This document shows positions 20,517 through 30,803 of a stretch of DNA of 64,000 bases, one piece after another; within the stretch, counting starts at the first letter, position 1; each line of letters begins with the position of its first letter. The stretch spans positions 1,792,001-1,856,000 of the forward strand of contig OY969811.1 of assembly GCA_963703315.1 (NCBI GenBank), read 5' to 3'. The translations under genes were made by a program, and so were the position numbers. A model generated the notes under the pieces. It was not told the DNA's origin. It saw nothing but the letters and a program-made list of their open reading frames with translations, and did no database searches. Source of the DNA: an uncultured cyanobacterium. Lineage in GTDB: Bacteria > Cyanobacteriota > Cyanobacteriia > Pseudanabaenales > Pseudanabaenaceae.

Positions 20517-22121
20517 CTATGGTTTGTAATGTTCGGGGCGTAATTTTTGTAATTGGGTATTGGTGTAATAGAAGTTGAGAATGCGATCGCTTGACCATCC
20601 TAACTTTGCCAGATTATAGGAACCTGTCTGGCTCATACCCACACCATGCCCCAAACCACCACCGATAAAGTCATAGCCCGTTAACACCTTATCTTTATAA
20701 ATCGGTTCTAATCTAAAGAAAGTGCTATCAGGTGGATCAAAAGCATCAATGATTTCATCTTTTCTGACGATAATTTTGCCTGTATCAGTGATAGCTTCCA
20801 TTTCTAAGACTCGACCTGAAGGCGATCGCTTGGTTACTCGCAATTGTTTAATCGCACTAAAGTTAGTAACGTTATCCCCTGAAAAGCGCAAAAACTTCTT
20901 TAAAGATATTTGTAACTCCTCTAATGTGCCACTCTTACGCCAGCGTAATGTTCGCCAACCGACTTCATTAAATCCTTCTTGACGATCTAGAAATGCCTTT
21001 AAATTTTTATCATCGGAAATATCTGCCGATCGCTGATTTTCAGGACGATTCGCGAGGTCTAATAACGATTGTAAATAGGGGCGTGGGGTTCCATCCCACA
21101 GATCATTGTAGTTCGCAGTAATTCCCCCTGTAGTTGAAGAATAAAGCGCGTCGATCACCCGATTGTTATAGGTCAGGACTAAGCCACTAGTGTCCGATAT
21201 AGCGCGATCAGCAACTTCCGTCGTATTCTCTAAACCTCGATATACTTGGCATTGAGTATCAGCACAGAGTTCATACTCATCAGCTTTAAAGCGGTGCAAA
21301 CTGGCTAAAACATAGGTACGCGCTAAAATTGCTTGGGCTTGCACCGCAGCGTAGGGCGCGTTATAACCAATTTCATGGGGAACGACACCCCGTATATAGG
21401 TTTCTAAAGGAACATTATTAACGAGAGTAAAGCTTTGATGGGCATTGGGTTGGAGTCTTAAAGTGCCTGCATAAGGGCGATTGCTGATTTCTGCCTTATT
21501 CTCTTTTTGATAGCTAACCTCCACGATCCCCGTACTGCTACTAATATCAAGGCGATCGCGATTATATTTAAAGTCTCCCACTGTCAATGAGGCGATCGCT
21601 TTTTGGGGAAGGATACGGCGATCAAGCTGAACGGTGACATTACCTTGCGCCCTTAGTGTATAAAACATCAAATAGCGCAATAACATTGAGTCATAAGTAT
21701 CCCGCTTTGCCCAAACTTGCCAACGTCTCGGTTGAGCAATTTCTGTTGGAATGCCTTTCTCTGCCCAATGGAATGCACTGGCGGCGGCATTCTCAAAACT
21801 ACGATGATTACTTAACACGATTTTCTCTTCGAGAATTGGCTGTGATAATTGCTGTGAAGCAATCTCAATCACCACGTGATCGCTAGTTAGAGTCTGTGTA
21901 CTTTTGCCATCGGCGGAGGGAAATGAGAGGGTTAGTTTGCCACCTGATGTTGCCTTGAGTGTAAGTTTATCCTGTGGTCTTTCGCCAAAACGCTGCACGA
22001 TGCCAATCTTCAAAATTGGATTAGAGTCTGATTGAGCTTGTACAAATTCGCCAGCAGTCAGCGTAAAAGAACAAATCGTCACAATTACGGTTTGGCGAAT
22101 AATAGCGAAAGTTTTTAGCAT
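20517..22121 (-). CDS. SpoIID/LytB domain protein
   Basis: LETYIRGVVPHEI, AQAILARTY, CQVYRG, GHGVGMSQ. Confidence 0.9.
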   Translation of the reverse strand: MLKTFAIIRQTVIVTICSFTLTAGEFVQAQSDSNPILKIGIVQRFGERPQDKLTLKATSGGKLTLSFPSADGKSTQTLTSDHVVIEIASQQLSQPILEEKIVLSNHRSFENAAASAFHWAEKGIPTEIAQPRRWQVWAKRDTYDSMLLRYLMFYTLRAQGNVTVQLDRRILPQKAIASLTVGDFKYNRDRLDISSSTGIVEVSYQKENKAEISNRPYAGTLRLQPNAHQSFTLVNNVPLETYIRGVVPHEIGYNAPYAAVQAQAILARTYVLASLHRFKADEYELCADTQCQVYRGLENTTEVADRAISDTSGLVLTYNNRVIDALYSSTTGGITANYNDLWDGTPRPYLQSLLDLANRPENQRSADISDDKNLKAFLDRQEGFNEVGWRTLRWRKSGTLEELQISLKKFLRFSGDNVTNFSAIKQLRVTKRSPSGRVLEMEAITDTGKIIVRKDEIIDAFDPPDSTFFRLEPIYKDKVLTGYDFIGGGLGHGVGMSQTGSYNLAKLGWSSDRILNFYYTNTQLQKLRPEHYKP

Positions 22122-22192
22122 AGCAAGCTCAATATTTCAGAACTCAGACATTCTACAACAGGAGAGGCGGCGCTTTGCGCCGCCTCTCCTGT

Positions 22193-23038
22193 TTAAAAAT
22201 CACCATAATCAACTTGCAAGCAAGTCAAGCCAAGATCTCGCCAGACTCTCACTACTTGATCGCGATCGTCTAGAACAAAAGCCACATTGTACTTATCAAG
22301 AATAAATTGATCATAAATTTCCTTTTTGACAATACTATCTTTGCGCGAGTCGCCAGACTTTCGCATATACAGAGCATCAAAGGAAATATTGTGCTTTTCC
22401 AGCCATGCTAGGGTTTGGGGCTTAAATTGATCCTCTCTGCCAGACACAAACACGATCGCCTTGCCTGAAGTTTGCAAAATGGATCGCACTGGCTCATTGA
22501 CTAAATCCTGCTCACATTTAGCAGCATCATAGGGACTGCGATCGCCAATCAAAGCGATCGTGCCATCGAGATCGCAGAGAACTGCATCAGGCAAATCTGG
22601 ATTATAAGCAGGTTTGGGCGCTCTCGGTGGCGCAATAAACTGGTTATACATATCCCGAATTACTTTCTCGCCCACAGAGTTAGGACGCTTTAAGTCGCGC
22701 TCAATGCAAGTCTCAAGGCTGACATGACGAAAATCTACTATCTCTAATACTGCCAAGCCTTTGATCAGTTCCCTAATTCTCGCTTCATGTTTGGGAGCAA
22801 GATGCGTATTATCAACGATAACGTGCTTTCCATTTTCCAGAGCTTCCTTAATGATCATGTCTTGAATATTTAAGACAAACTTTTCATTCCCTTTGGAAAA
22901 ATAAGAGTTATCCAACATAGCGCGAAGCTCGTCTTTGTTGACGCGCTTAATGCTATTGGGTGCTTTATCAACCTTATTCTTTGCCCATGTGGATTTGCCC
23001 GAAGCAGGAAGTCCAATTGTAAAATAAACTGTCAGCAT
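22193..23038 (-). CDS. Polynucleotide 5'-kinase/3'-phosphatase (T4 PseT-like)
   Basis: P-loop GLPASGKST, NKDELR, VDNTH; HAD motifs DLDGT, VSGR, MRKSGDSRKDSIVK, DDRDQV. Start re-assigned to MLTVYF. Confidence 0.9.
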   Translation of the reverse strand: MLTVYFTIGLPASGKSTWAKNKVDKAPNSIKRVNKDELRAMLDNSYFSKGNEKFVLNIQDMIIKEALENGKHVIVDNTHLAPKHEARIRELIKGLAVLEIVDFRHVSLETCIERDLKRPNSVGEKVIRDMYNQFIAPPRAPKPAYNPDLPDAVLCDLDGTIALIGDRSPYDAAKCEQDLVNEPVRSILQTSGKAIVFVSGREDQFKPQTLAWLEKHNISFDALYMRKSGDSRKDSIVKKEIYDQFILDKYNVAFVLDDRDQVVRVWRDLGLTCLQVDYGDF

Positions 23039-23102
23039 GATTTTGTGTTCTCTAAATTGAATAATTTTCCAAAACTCGCTTTGCAAGTTTTGGAAAATTT
23101 AA

Positions 23103-24155
23103 TTAGTTATCGTCATTATCCATAAAAGGCTTTTCATAGGCAGGCTTAATAGTGCGCCAAATGTAATCACTATAGTCTTTGCCATCTAAGAGAGAGAAGA
23201 GAATTGTATGGTTCTTGCAAGTTAGAATATGTTTCGCCATTTCTTTGCGATCGCGCCGATCTACTACCGCCACAATCCTCTCAAAATCAGCTTTTGCTTG
23301 ATTCTCAATCTCTTGATATTGAGCTACGAGAGCAGCCTTAGTTTCCTTAACCCAATTGTAAAACTCATCGGGAACGCGCTCTAAAATATCTTCAAAGGGA
23401 GTTTTGTCACGCAGCATTTCCCAAATGACTTTGCTCGTCACTTGCGTGAGGACACGATGCAACTTCACATAATCAGCAAACTTAAATTTAAGTCGTAAGC
23501 CACTAGCAAAGCGAATTACAAAACCTTCTTGATTCTGTTCATTAAGATTGGTGATCGCCTGTAAATCCTTCAACCCATCATACTTTTTGGCGATCGGGAA
23601 ACCTAAATGACTAAATGATTCAATCGGCTTTTCTATCCCTGATTCTGTTTCAATGACCGCTAGCAATACCAAAGCTTCATAATCACCATAATTCACCACA
23701 ATGCGATTAGATGGATAAATGATTTCAAACAAATAGGTTAGCGATCGCTCTAGTAAGGGAATCGCTTCACTATAAAGTGAATTCAAGATTTGATTAGCTT
23801 TAATCGCTTGATCCGAGTTAAAACTACCTCTAGAAGCAATATAAGCTTGATCTTGATACCAGTATAAAATCCCTAATGAGCCATCCAGCTTTTCATAAAT
23901 ATCAAAAGGTTCTGCGGGTAAAGCTTCTTGATGTTCTTGCAGGTTAAAAAATTTGGATAAAGGACGCGCCTTGATTGCCCCATGCATATCCAAAATTAAA
24001 CCTCGGCATTGCATTGTCTCAGGAGTCCAAACGCGATCGTACTGCGCTTTGGCAGTGTAATTATAGATAAACAATTCCCCACTAATATGAGGTCGCTTAG
24101 TGATATACCCCTCTGCAATTAGTTGATCGATTTTCTTTAAATTGATAGCGCTCAT
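23103..24155 (-). CDS. T4 Rnl1 (RnlA)-family RNA ligase
   Basis: IYNYT, CRGLI, KFFN, motif I EKLDGSLG, ASRGSF, FEII, EGFV, RLKFK. Start re-assigned to MSAIN. Confidence 0.9.
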   Translation of the reverse strand: MSAINLKKIDQLIAEGYITKRPHISGELFIYNYTAKAQYDRVWTPETMQCRGLILDMHGAIKARPLSKFFNLQEHQEALPAEPFDIYEKLDGSLGILYWYQDQAYIASRGSFNSDQAIKANQILNSLYSEAIPLLERSLTYLFEIIYPSNRIVVNYGDYEALVLLAVIETESGIEKPIESFSHLGFPIAKKYDGLKDLQAITNLNEQNQEGFVIRFASGLRLKFKFADYVKLHRVLTQVTSKVIWEMLRDKTPFEDILERVPDEFYNWVKETKAALVAQYQEIENQAKADFERIVAVVDRRDRKEMAKHILTCKNHTILFSLLDGKDYSDYIWRTIKPAYEKPFMDNDDN

Positions 24156-24471
24156 TATATATTTCTCTTCTTTTTCTCTTTCTTGATACCAAAGAGGGCG
24201 ATCGCTAGTATAAAACAAATATGACGACTCCCATCTCTAACTCGCGGACGAGTTATAGCATTTCACAGTCTAGCAAGATTGTTTCCTCGCTTGCTTGAAA
24301 AGCGCCATATTGACATCGAGTTATTGGCGTTAAATGTAAGATGGTTTAGCGATCGCCTAACCTATAATTTTTGCTCAATTGATACGTTAAGTTACACTAA
24401 AGCATCGTACATTTAATTCAGTCTTCCTACTGAGAAAACAAATATAATGTATAATTAATTGACTTAGAAAT

Positions 24472-24849
24472 ATGGCAAAAATTCTACTGGTTGAAGATAA
24501 TGAAATGAATCGTGATATGTTGTCGCGAAGATTAATGCGTAGGGGATTTGACGTTATAGTTGCGGTTGATGGAGCATCAGGGATTACAAAAGCCGAATTA
24601 GAATTACCTGATTTGATCGTTATGGATATGAGTTTACCAATTGTTGATGGGTGGGAAGCTACTAAACGCTTGAGACAAATAACGGCAACACGTAATATTC
24701 CCATTATTGGTTGCTCAGCCCATGCAATGGTTGGCGATCACGAAAGAGGTATAGAGGCAGGATGTGACGATTATGATACTAAGCCAATTGAATTTACACG
24801 CCTCCTCGGAAAAATCGAGAGTTTGTTAAAAAAATATGCCAGAAACTAA
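24472..24849 (+). CDS. Single-domain response regulator (DivK-like)
   Basis: VEDNEMN, MDMSLP, AHAMVGD, AGCDDYDTKP. Confidence 0.9.
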   Translation: MAKILLVEDNEMNRDMLSRRLMRRGFDVIVAVDGASGITKAELELPDLIVMDMSLPIVDGWEATKRLRQITATRNIPIIGCSAHAMVGDHERGIEAGCDDYDTKPIEFTRLLGKIESLLKKYARN

Positions 24850-25852
24850 TGAATCTAACTTATTGATTGTTGATGACGACAAAATGAATCGGGAGATTAT
24901 GTATCGTCATCTCAAGAATTTAGGATATCTAAATATCAATTTGGCAGAAAGTGGCAAAAGAGCATTAGAGATTGTTGCCACTCAACCCATTGATTTGATC
25001 CTGCTAGATATGATGATGCCAGTGATGAATGGCTTAGAGGTGCTAACTCATCTCAAAGAAAGTCAAGAATGGCGATTGATCCCTGTAATTATTATTTCTG
25101 CATTAGACGAAAAAGAAATGATGCTGACCTGCATCGAAAAGGGGGCAGAAGATTATTTGATTAAGCCATACGATCGCGTTCTGCTCAAAGCAAGGGTAAG
25201 TGCTTGTCTTGAGAAGAAAATGTTACACGATCGCGAAGTTCTCAATAAGCAAAAACTAGAAGCGGCTTATGCAGAACTAGCAGTGGCATATCATGAATTA
25301 GAAGTTATTAAAAATGAATTAGAGGGATTATCCCATCGAGATGGATTAACAGGGATTGCGAATCGTCGTTATTTTGATACAGTTCTAGAAAGAGAATGGA
25401 ATGCTGTTCGTAGAGAAAAGAAATGCCTCTCGCTTATCTTATTTGATATCGACTATTTCAAAAAATATAATGATACCTATGGACATCTAGCAGGTGATGA
25501 TTGTCTATGTCAAATAGCGATCGCTGCTTCTACAGTAATTAAGCGACCAAGAGACACCTTAGCAAGATATGGCGGTGAAGAATTTGCGGTGATTTTGCCA
25601 GATACTGATTCCGCAGGAGCGCTTGTTTGTGCAGAACAAATCCGTCATGCGATCGAAAGCTTAAATATTATTCATATATCTTCACAAGCCAGTCCCTATG
25701 TTACCGCAAGTTTAGGAATATCCACATTTATACCTAATGAAGAAGTCTCAACTTCGCAACAATTAATTAAAGAAGCAGATCTAGCACTCTATCAAGCTAA
25801 ACGAGAGAGTAGAAATTGCGTCAAAGTCTGGTCAAATCCCTCAAGCCTATAG
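24836..25852 (+). CDS. Receiver-GGDEF diguanylate cyclase (PleD/WspR-like)
   Basis: REC domain, coiled coil, DGLTG, RPRD I-site, GGEEF. Confidence 0.92.
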   Translation: MPETNESNLLIVDDDKMNREIMYRHLKNLGYLNINLAESGKRALEIVATQPIDLILLDMMMPVMNGLEVLTHLKESQEWRLIPVIIISALDEKEMMLTCIEKGAEDYLIKPYDRVLLKARVSACLEKKMLHDREVLNKQKLEAAYAELAVAYHELEVIKNELEGLSHRDGLTGIANRRYFDTVLEREWNAVRREKKCLSLILFDIDYFKKYNDTYGHLAGDDCLCQIAIAASTVIKRPRDTLARYGGEEFAVILPDTDSAGALVCAEQIRHAIESLNIIHISSQASPYVTASLGISTFIPNEEVSTSQQLIKEADLALYQAKRESRNCVKVWSNPSSL

Positions 25853-25936
25853 CGCACAATGCGCTATAGGCTTGAGGGATTATGCCTACATAGTACAAAA
25901 GAGAGTTGTAGTAACACAAGTACAGCAATTCTCTTT

Positions 25937-26052
25937 TATAGCTGTCGCCATTCTTGTTAGGACACAAAACCAGAAGATGAGTGGCGGCGCGAAGCGCCGC
26001 CACTCATCTTCTGGGGTTTCGATTTGTCCTAATACAAGTGACGTTAGCTATA
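25937..26052. repeat. Palindromic element, class A
   Basis: tatagc...gctata ends; central ccagaagatgagtggcggcgc-gaa-gcgccgccactcatcttctgg. Confidence 0.8.
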
Positions 26053-26165
26053 TAAACCTATTGGCGACAGTTATAAAAAAGATAGTTTAGAGTGGCGGTG
26101 CAACTCGCCACTCTAAACTATCTTTTTGGGTCTGGTACTATACTATAAAAAACGGGAAGCGCAGA

Positions 26166-26852
26166 ATGGGAACTCAAAACTTTCAGGTATTAATTGTTGA
26201 TGACAACGAAATAAATCGCGATATGCTGATGCGGCGATTGCGGAGAAAAGACTTTAACTTATCGATCGCTGTGAATGGTCGTGAGGCGATGTCGATGATC
26301 CAGACACACCTCTATGACTTGATTCTCTTAGATATTATGATGCCTGAAGTTGATGGATATGCAGTTCTCACATATCTCAAAAAAGATCCCCAACTGCGTA
26401 GTATTCCTGTAATTATGATTTCAGCACTAGAGGAAATGGATAGTGTGATGAAATGCATGGAGATTGGCGCAGATGACTACTTAACGAAGCCATTTGACCC
26501 AGAAATGTTAAAAGCTGCCATCAATCGCTGTTTGCCAAATAGAATGAATTTCTCAAATTTGCCAACGAGTTCTTCTAATACATCGCTTGGTTCTAAGGGA
26601 AATCAGAGTCCTGATTCTAAGCTTGTAGAAGATACTACTCGTGGTATACCGACTAGATTAATTAGTCTTGATGAGATTGTCCATCAAATTATGCAGACAG
26701 GAGTAATTAGTCGCAAAGATTACTTAAGTTTTAGTAAAGCGATTTTTAGCACTTTGTTTGAGCATTCGGGATTGAATGAGCAAGAAGTCTATCAGATTCG
26801 TTCTGTCTTTGATGGAATTCATTCAGGGCAAATCAGAGTAGCTGATCAATAG
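26166..26852 (+). CDS. Response regulator with small C-terminal helical domain
   Basis: REC domain (VDDN, LDIMMP, TKPF), Ser-rich linker, then LDEIVHQIMQTG...FDGIHSGQIRV domain. Confidence 0.85.
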   Translation: MGTQNFQVLIVDDNEINRDMLMRRLRRKDFNLSIAVNGREAMSMIQTHLYDLILLDIMMPEVDGYAVLTYLKKDPQLRSIPVIMISALEEMDSVMKCMEIGADDYLTKPFDPEMLKAAINRCLPNRMNFSNLPTSSSNTSLGSKGNQSPDSKLVEDTTRGIPTRLISLDEIVHQIMQTGVISRKDYLSFSKAIFSTLFEHSGLNEQEVYQIRSVFDGIHSGQIRVADQ

Positions 26853-26914
26853 AAAACCCAAAAGAGAGGTGCGGCGCGAAGCGCCGCACCTCTCTTTTGG
26901 GTTTTGGTTTTCTA

Positions 26915-27646
26915 TTACAAAAGTTCTTTAGGCACATTTTGAGCCGAGGTTAAACTAATCGCACTATGCCAATTAGTAGAGTGACCGCGTACGCCTCTCC
27001 CCCATTGAATATTAGTGAGATTTGCGCCGTCTAGATTAGCTCGACTTAAGTTTACATCGCGTAAATCAGCACCACTTAAATTAGCACCACTTAAATTAGC
27101 ACCACTTAAATCAGCACCACTTAAATCAGCACCTTGCAATTGAGATCGCCTTAAATCAGCACAAAATAACTTTGCACTCCAAAAAATTCCTTCACTTAAA
27201 TCCGCATTACTGAGATTTGCTTGCCAAAAAATAGCGTGGCTAGCATTGATATTCTGTAAATTTGCACCTTGAAGATTTGCACTGTTAAAATTTGCAGCGA
27301 TCGCATTGGCTCTTTGCAAATTGACATTTTGCAATTCTGCAAAGGTAAAAATAGCACTGTAAAGATTCGCATCACTGAGATCGGCATAGTTAAGGGAACC
27401 TGTGGCGATCGCTCCATTCAAACTAGCCTCTGCTAAATTGGCATAATCTAAATTTGCCTCAATCAAATTGGCGTGATACAGATCTGCACCTTGGAGATTT
27501 GCCTGACTCAAGTTGGCATGACGAAGATTGGCAACCTCAAGCAAAGCATTTTGCAAATTAATCGGTACATCGGAGTGCTGCGATCGCCAATGATTCCAAC
27601 CCTCTACGCCATCAGTAAGCCGTTGTAACTGCTGGATATCAGCCAT
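26915..27646 (-). CDS. Pentapeptide repeat protein
   Basis: A(D/N)Lxx repeats; N-terminal GVEGWNHWR; 15-bp tandem DNA repeat at ~27063-27134. Confidence 0.95.
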   Translation of the reverse strand: MADIQQLQRLTDGVEGWNHWRSQHSDVPINLQNALLEVANLRHANLSQANLQGADLYHANLIEANLDYANLAEASLNGAIATGSLNYADLSDANLYSAIFTFAELQNVNLQRANAIAANFNSANLQGANLQNINASHAIFWQANLSNADLSEGIFWSAKLFCADLRRSQLQGADLSGADLSGANLSGANLSGADLRDVNLSRANLDGANLTNIQWGRGVRGHSTNWHSAISLTSAQNVPKELL

Positions 27647-27804
27647 GTTTGCCTCCTAAATATTGCATTCATTTCAATTTACAGCGCGAAGCAACGTTAT
27701 ATCAATTCACAAAAGCTTTGGGTTAAATTGTTAAGCTAAGATAGCCACAGGGCTGTTTAGAATTTTTAGCTAAGGCGATCGCCATAATTGGTCTCAAAAC
27801 TAGT

Positions 27805-29433
27805 ATGAGTGAAATACCTGTAAGTTCTTCTGTATGGAAGCAACTCCGTAATCAAGAAATCACGCTGGAAGAAGCACTGCAATTATTGGTCGATAAACGT
27901 GGGGGGCTACGGATTGAATTACTAGATGAAGATGTTAATTATCGTTTTTTTCACCATTTCGATGATCGTAAATCTTTACCACCTGTCATTCCTTTACTGC
28001 TATGGCATGGCTATTTTTATCTAGGGTCACCGCGATCTCTTGATCCTGATGAAATAAAACGATTAAGTAATGGCACATTAACAGGCATCAAACATATAAC
28101 GATCTCTTCCGAAAGTTATCTACTCTGGTTTCTCAGACAAAATCTTCCTGAACCTAGCAATATTGCTCCACCGATCATCAATCCTCTTACAGGCACTAAC
28201 GAAGAAGCCCACCTAGATGAGATATCTGAAATATATTTATCCCAAGCCCTTGATCAAACCCATCGCATTAATGCCTTAATTTCGGTTGCGCTGCAACATC
28301 GGGCTAGTGATATTCATTTAGAACCAACAGAAGTAGGACTGCGAGTTCGCTATCGCATTGATGGGTTATTAAGAACCACACGCATTTTACCCACCGAAGT
28401 TAGTCGCAAGACCATTGTGGCTCTTAAAGTCATGAGCAACATGGACATCGGGGAAAGTCGTCGTCCTCAGGATGGTCGGATTAGTCAGCACTACGTCACA
28501 GCCGACAATCTTGACCTCGACTTAGATATGCGGGTCAGCACCTTTCCCTGCGTTGGTGGAGAGAAAGTGGTGATCAGGTTGTTGCCGCGTAACAAAATGC
28601 TATCCACCAGACTCGAAGATGTTGGATTCAATCAGCGATCGCTAGATATTTATCGCAGTTGGCTCACTCAACCGCAAGGATTAATTATTGTGACTGGACC
28701 CACAGGTTCAGGCAAAACTAGTACTTTATACGCCACTCTCCAATTATTAGCGACGGATCAGGTAAATGTGATCACAATGGAAGATCCCGTTGAATATAAC
28801 TTGGCAAATATTACGCAAGGACAAGTACAAGAAACAGGCGGACTTACCTTTGCGACAGGGCTAAAGTCGATTTTGCGCCAAGATCCTGACATCATTATGG
28901 TAGGTGAAATCCGTGATTTGGAGACGGCAGAAATTACAATTCGGGCAGCATTGACAGGGCATTTAGTTCTATCAACTATGCATACCAATGATGCTGTGAG
29001 TACCGTAGCGAGATTAAAGGATTTAGGACTGCATCCTAGTCTGATTGCGGACTCTTTGCTAGGTGTAGTTGCTCAAAGGCTAGTACGCAAAATCTGTTCC
29101 TTCTGTTCTGAATGCTATGTACCCACAAAAGAAGAACTGCACTTTCTCAAAGTAGCGGTACAGGATGTCAAATATCAGGATTGGCGACAGGGTAAAGGTT
29201 GCGAACATTGTTTTGGTTCGGGCTATTTGGGACGTGAAGCCATCTTTGAAGTATTGAATATGACTCCCCAACTCCGAAAAATCATGCAAGAGGGGAGTCA
29301 ATCAGACCTAGTTGATTACTTAACAAATCATGGTTATGAGTCTTTTTTCCATACTGTGCGTGAGAAAATTTCGTCAGGAACAACGACATTAAAAGAAGCT
29401 TTGCGAGTACTACCTCGTCAAATGTTTGAATAA
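27805..29433 (+). CDS. GspE/PulE/PilB-family secretion ATPase
   Basis: ASDIHLEP, RRPQDGR, GPTGSGKT, EDPVE, LRQDPDIIMVGEIRD, CxxC zinc motifs. Confidence 0.92.
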   Translation: MSEIPVSSSVWKQLRNQEITLEEALQLLVDKRGGLRIELLDEDVNYRFFHHFDDRKSLPPVIPLLLWHGYFYLGSPRSLDPDEIKRLSNGTLTGIKHITISSESYLLWFLRQNLPEPSNIAPPIINPLTGTNEEAHLDEISEIYLSQALDQTHRINALISVALQHRASDIHLEPTEVGLRVRYRIDGLLRTTRILPTEVSRKTIVALKVMSNMDIGESRRPQDGRISQHYVTADNLDLDLDMRVSTFPCVGGEKVVIRLLPRNKMLSTRLEDVGFNQRSLDIYRSWLTQPQGLIIVTGPTGSGKTSTLYATLQLLATDQVNVITMEDPVEYNLANITQGQVQETGGLTFATGLKSILRQDPDIIMVGEIRDLETAEITIRAALTGHLVLSTMHTNDAVSTVARLKDLGLHPSLIADSLLGVVAQRLVRKICSFCSECYVPTKEELHFLKVAVQDVKYQDWRQGKGCEHCFGSGYLGREAIFEVLNMTPQLRKIMQEGSQSDLVDYLTNHGYESFFHTVREKISSGTTTLKEALRVLPRQMFE

Positions 29434-29466
29434 AAAGAATGTCAGCACTTCGTGCTGACATTCTTT

Positions 29467-30669
29467 TTATTGTGCGAAGTTAAGTGGGTCTTGATCGCGC
29501 CGATGTTTGACAGGAATTGGTGTACTTTGCCGATCGCCTACTAATGCCGCCGTTTTTTCGAGAGCTTCTCGCAGACGCTTAGCGGCATAGATAGACATAT
29601 CGCGTGGAACACTAATGCGATCGCGCAAATATCGTAGAGCAATATCTGAGTCAGATGGAGGTGTCGCAACTTGATCCGTAATCATATTGGTTAACGCGCA
29701 ACGTAAAGCCTCGTCAAATAATTGATCATCCGCAGGATTAACGCGAATAATATTAGCGTGATGTTTAATTACGCGGTACAGCGCTTCTTCACGGGAATTC
29801 TCTGGCTCAGGATAAGTCACATCGGGCAGACCAAACCAAGAGCCTTGATCTACTCTTTTCTGATTAATTAAGGTCTGTGGTGCTACATTTGCCCAGCAAC
29901 CTCCCATTTGTGGCGGTAAGTCATGGGCATGGGTATGAAAATCGCTCTGAGTACCGCGATAAGTAGATCGACTTTCCATTGCCGCAAACCAGTCCGACAT
30001 TCGGGGATTTTCTTCTCGCAGCGAATAGCCTTTGTAATAGTAGAGACTGGCATTCATGCGCTCGACGTAGGGCGTAAAAATCACATCTGCTGTGCCAAAC
30101 TCGTCCAAAAAGTAAGGGCTAGGAGTATCACCTAAGACTTGCTCGACTCTTTGCATCACCTCTACAAATTGTTGACGATATTTCTGTTCTTGTTCTTCAG
30201 ATTTAAAAAAACGACAGAGCCATTCACACCATGCTCTAAACAATGTTCTCTCTAATCTCCTGATAGGGAGTACTTGCGAGTCAGTCATACTGCGACCGAG
30301 AGAACCGAAAACCTGTTCTAAAGCAATCAAAATATCATCGCTTTCAGTAATTAAGCGTCCATCTAACTCGATCGCTGGCAGCATTCCTGAAGGCACTTTC
30401 CGCTTATACCACGCTTCTTTTTCGCCATAGCAAAACATAGTCACTTTTTCAATGCGATAGGGAACTTGCTTCTCCTCTAGCCATAGCCAAATTTTTTGAC
30501 AGTATGGACACCATGCATGATGATCGCGATATAGAGTCACACGCACATCGGCTTCAGAATGTCCAAAGAGGCGTAACCTTGCTTGGGCATTGGTAGAACC
30601 ATTAATCGTATCTATTTGGAAATTGGTGAGGGATTCTAGTTCTGTCCAACTTAGAGGCGTAATAGTCAT
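29467..30669 (-). CDS. Glutathione S-transferase family protein
   Basis: [19 protein letters not shown] motifs. Confidence 0.9.
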   Translation of the reverse strand: MTITPLSWTELESLTNFQIDTINGSTNAQARLRLFGHSEADVRVTLYRDHHAWCPYCQKIWLWLEEKQVPYRIEKVTMFCYGEKEAWYKRKVPSGMLPAIELDGRLITESDDILIALEQVFGSLGRSMTDSQVLPIRRLERTLFRAWCEWLCRFFKSEEQEQKYRQQFVEVMQRVEQVLGDTPSPYFLDEFGTADVIFTPYVERMNASLYYYKGYSLREENPRMSDWFAAMESRSTYRGTQSDFHTHAHDLPPQMGGCWANVAPQTLINQKRVDQGSWFGLPDVTYPEPENSREEALYRVIKHHANIIRVNPADDQLFDEALRCALTNMITDQVATPPSDSDIALRYLRDRISVPRDMSIYAAKRLREALEKTAALVGDRQSTPIPVKHRRDQDPLNFAQ

Positions 30670-30722
30670 AGGAACATATATAGTGTAAGTCTCTCATTTT
30701 ACATCAGCATCAATTCCTGAAT

Positions 30723-30782
30723 TAAGTAGCTAGGACAGATTTAAAACCTGTGGCGCACGCACAGCATGCGCCACAGGTTTTA
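30723..30782. repeat. Partial class B palindromic element
   Basis: taagtagctagg end plus aaaacctgtggcgca...tgcgccacaggtttt. Confidence 0.65.
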
Positions 30783-30803
30783 GAATTTTATATCAAGTGA
30801 AGA

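Noticed and set aside
25821..26090. Short ORFs of 60 and 72 aa
   Set aside because: They run across palindromic repeats and show no protein features.
27063..27134. 15-bp tandem repeat (ttaaat(c/t)agcaccac)
   Set aside because: It encodes GA(D/N)LS pentapeptide units; there are no spacers, so it is not a CRISPR array.
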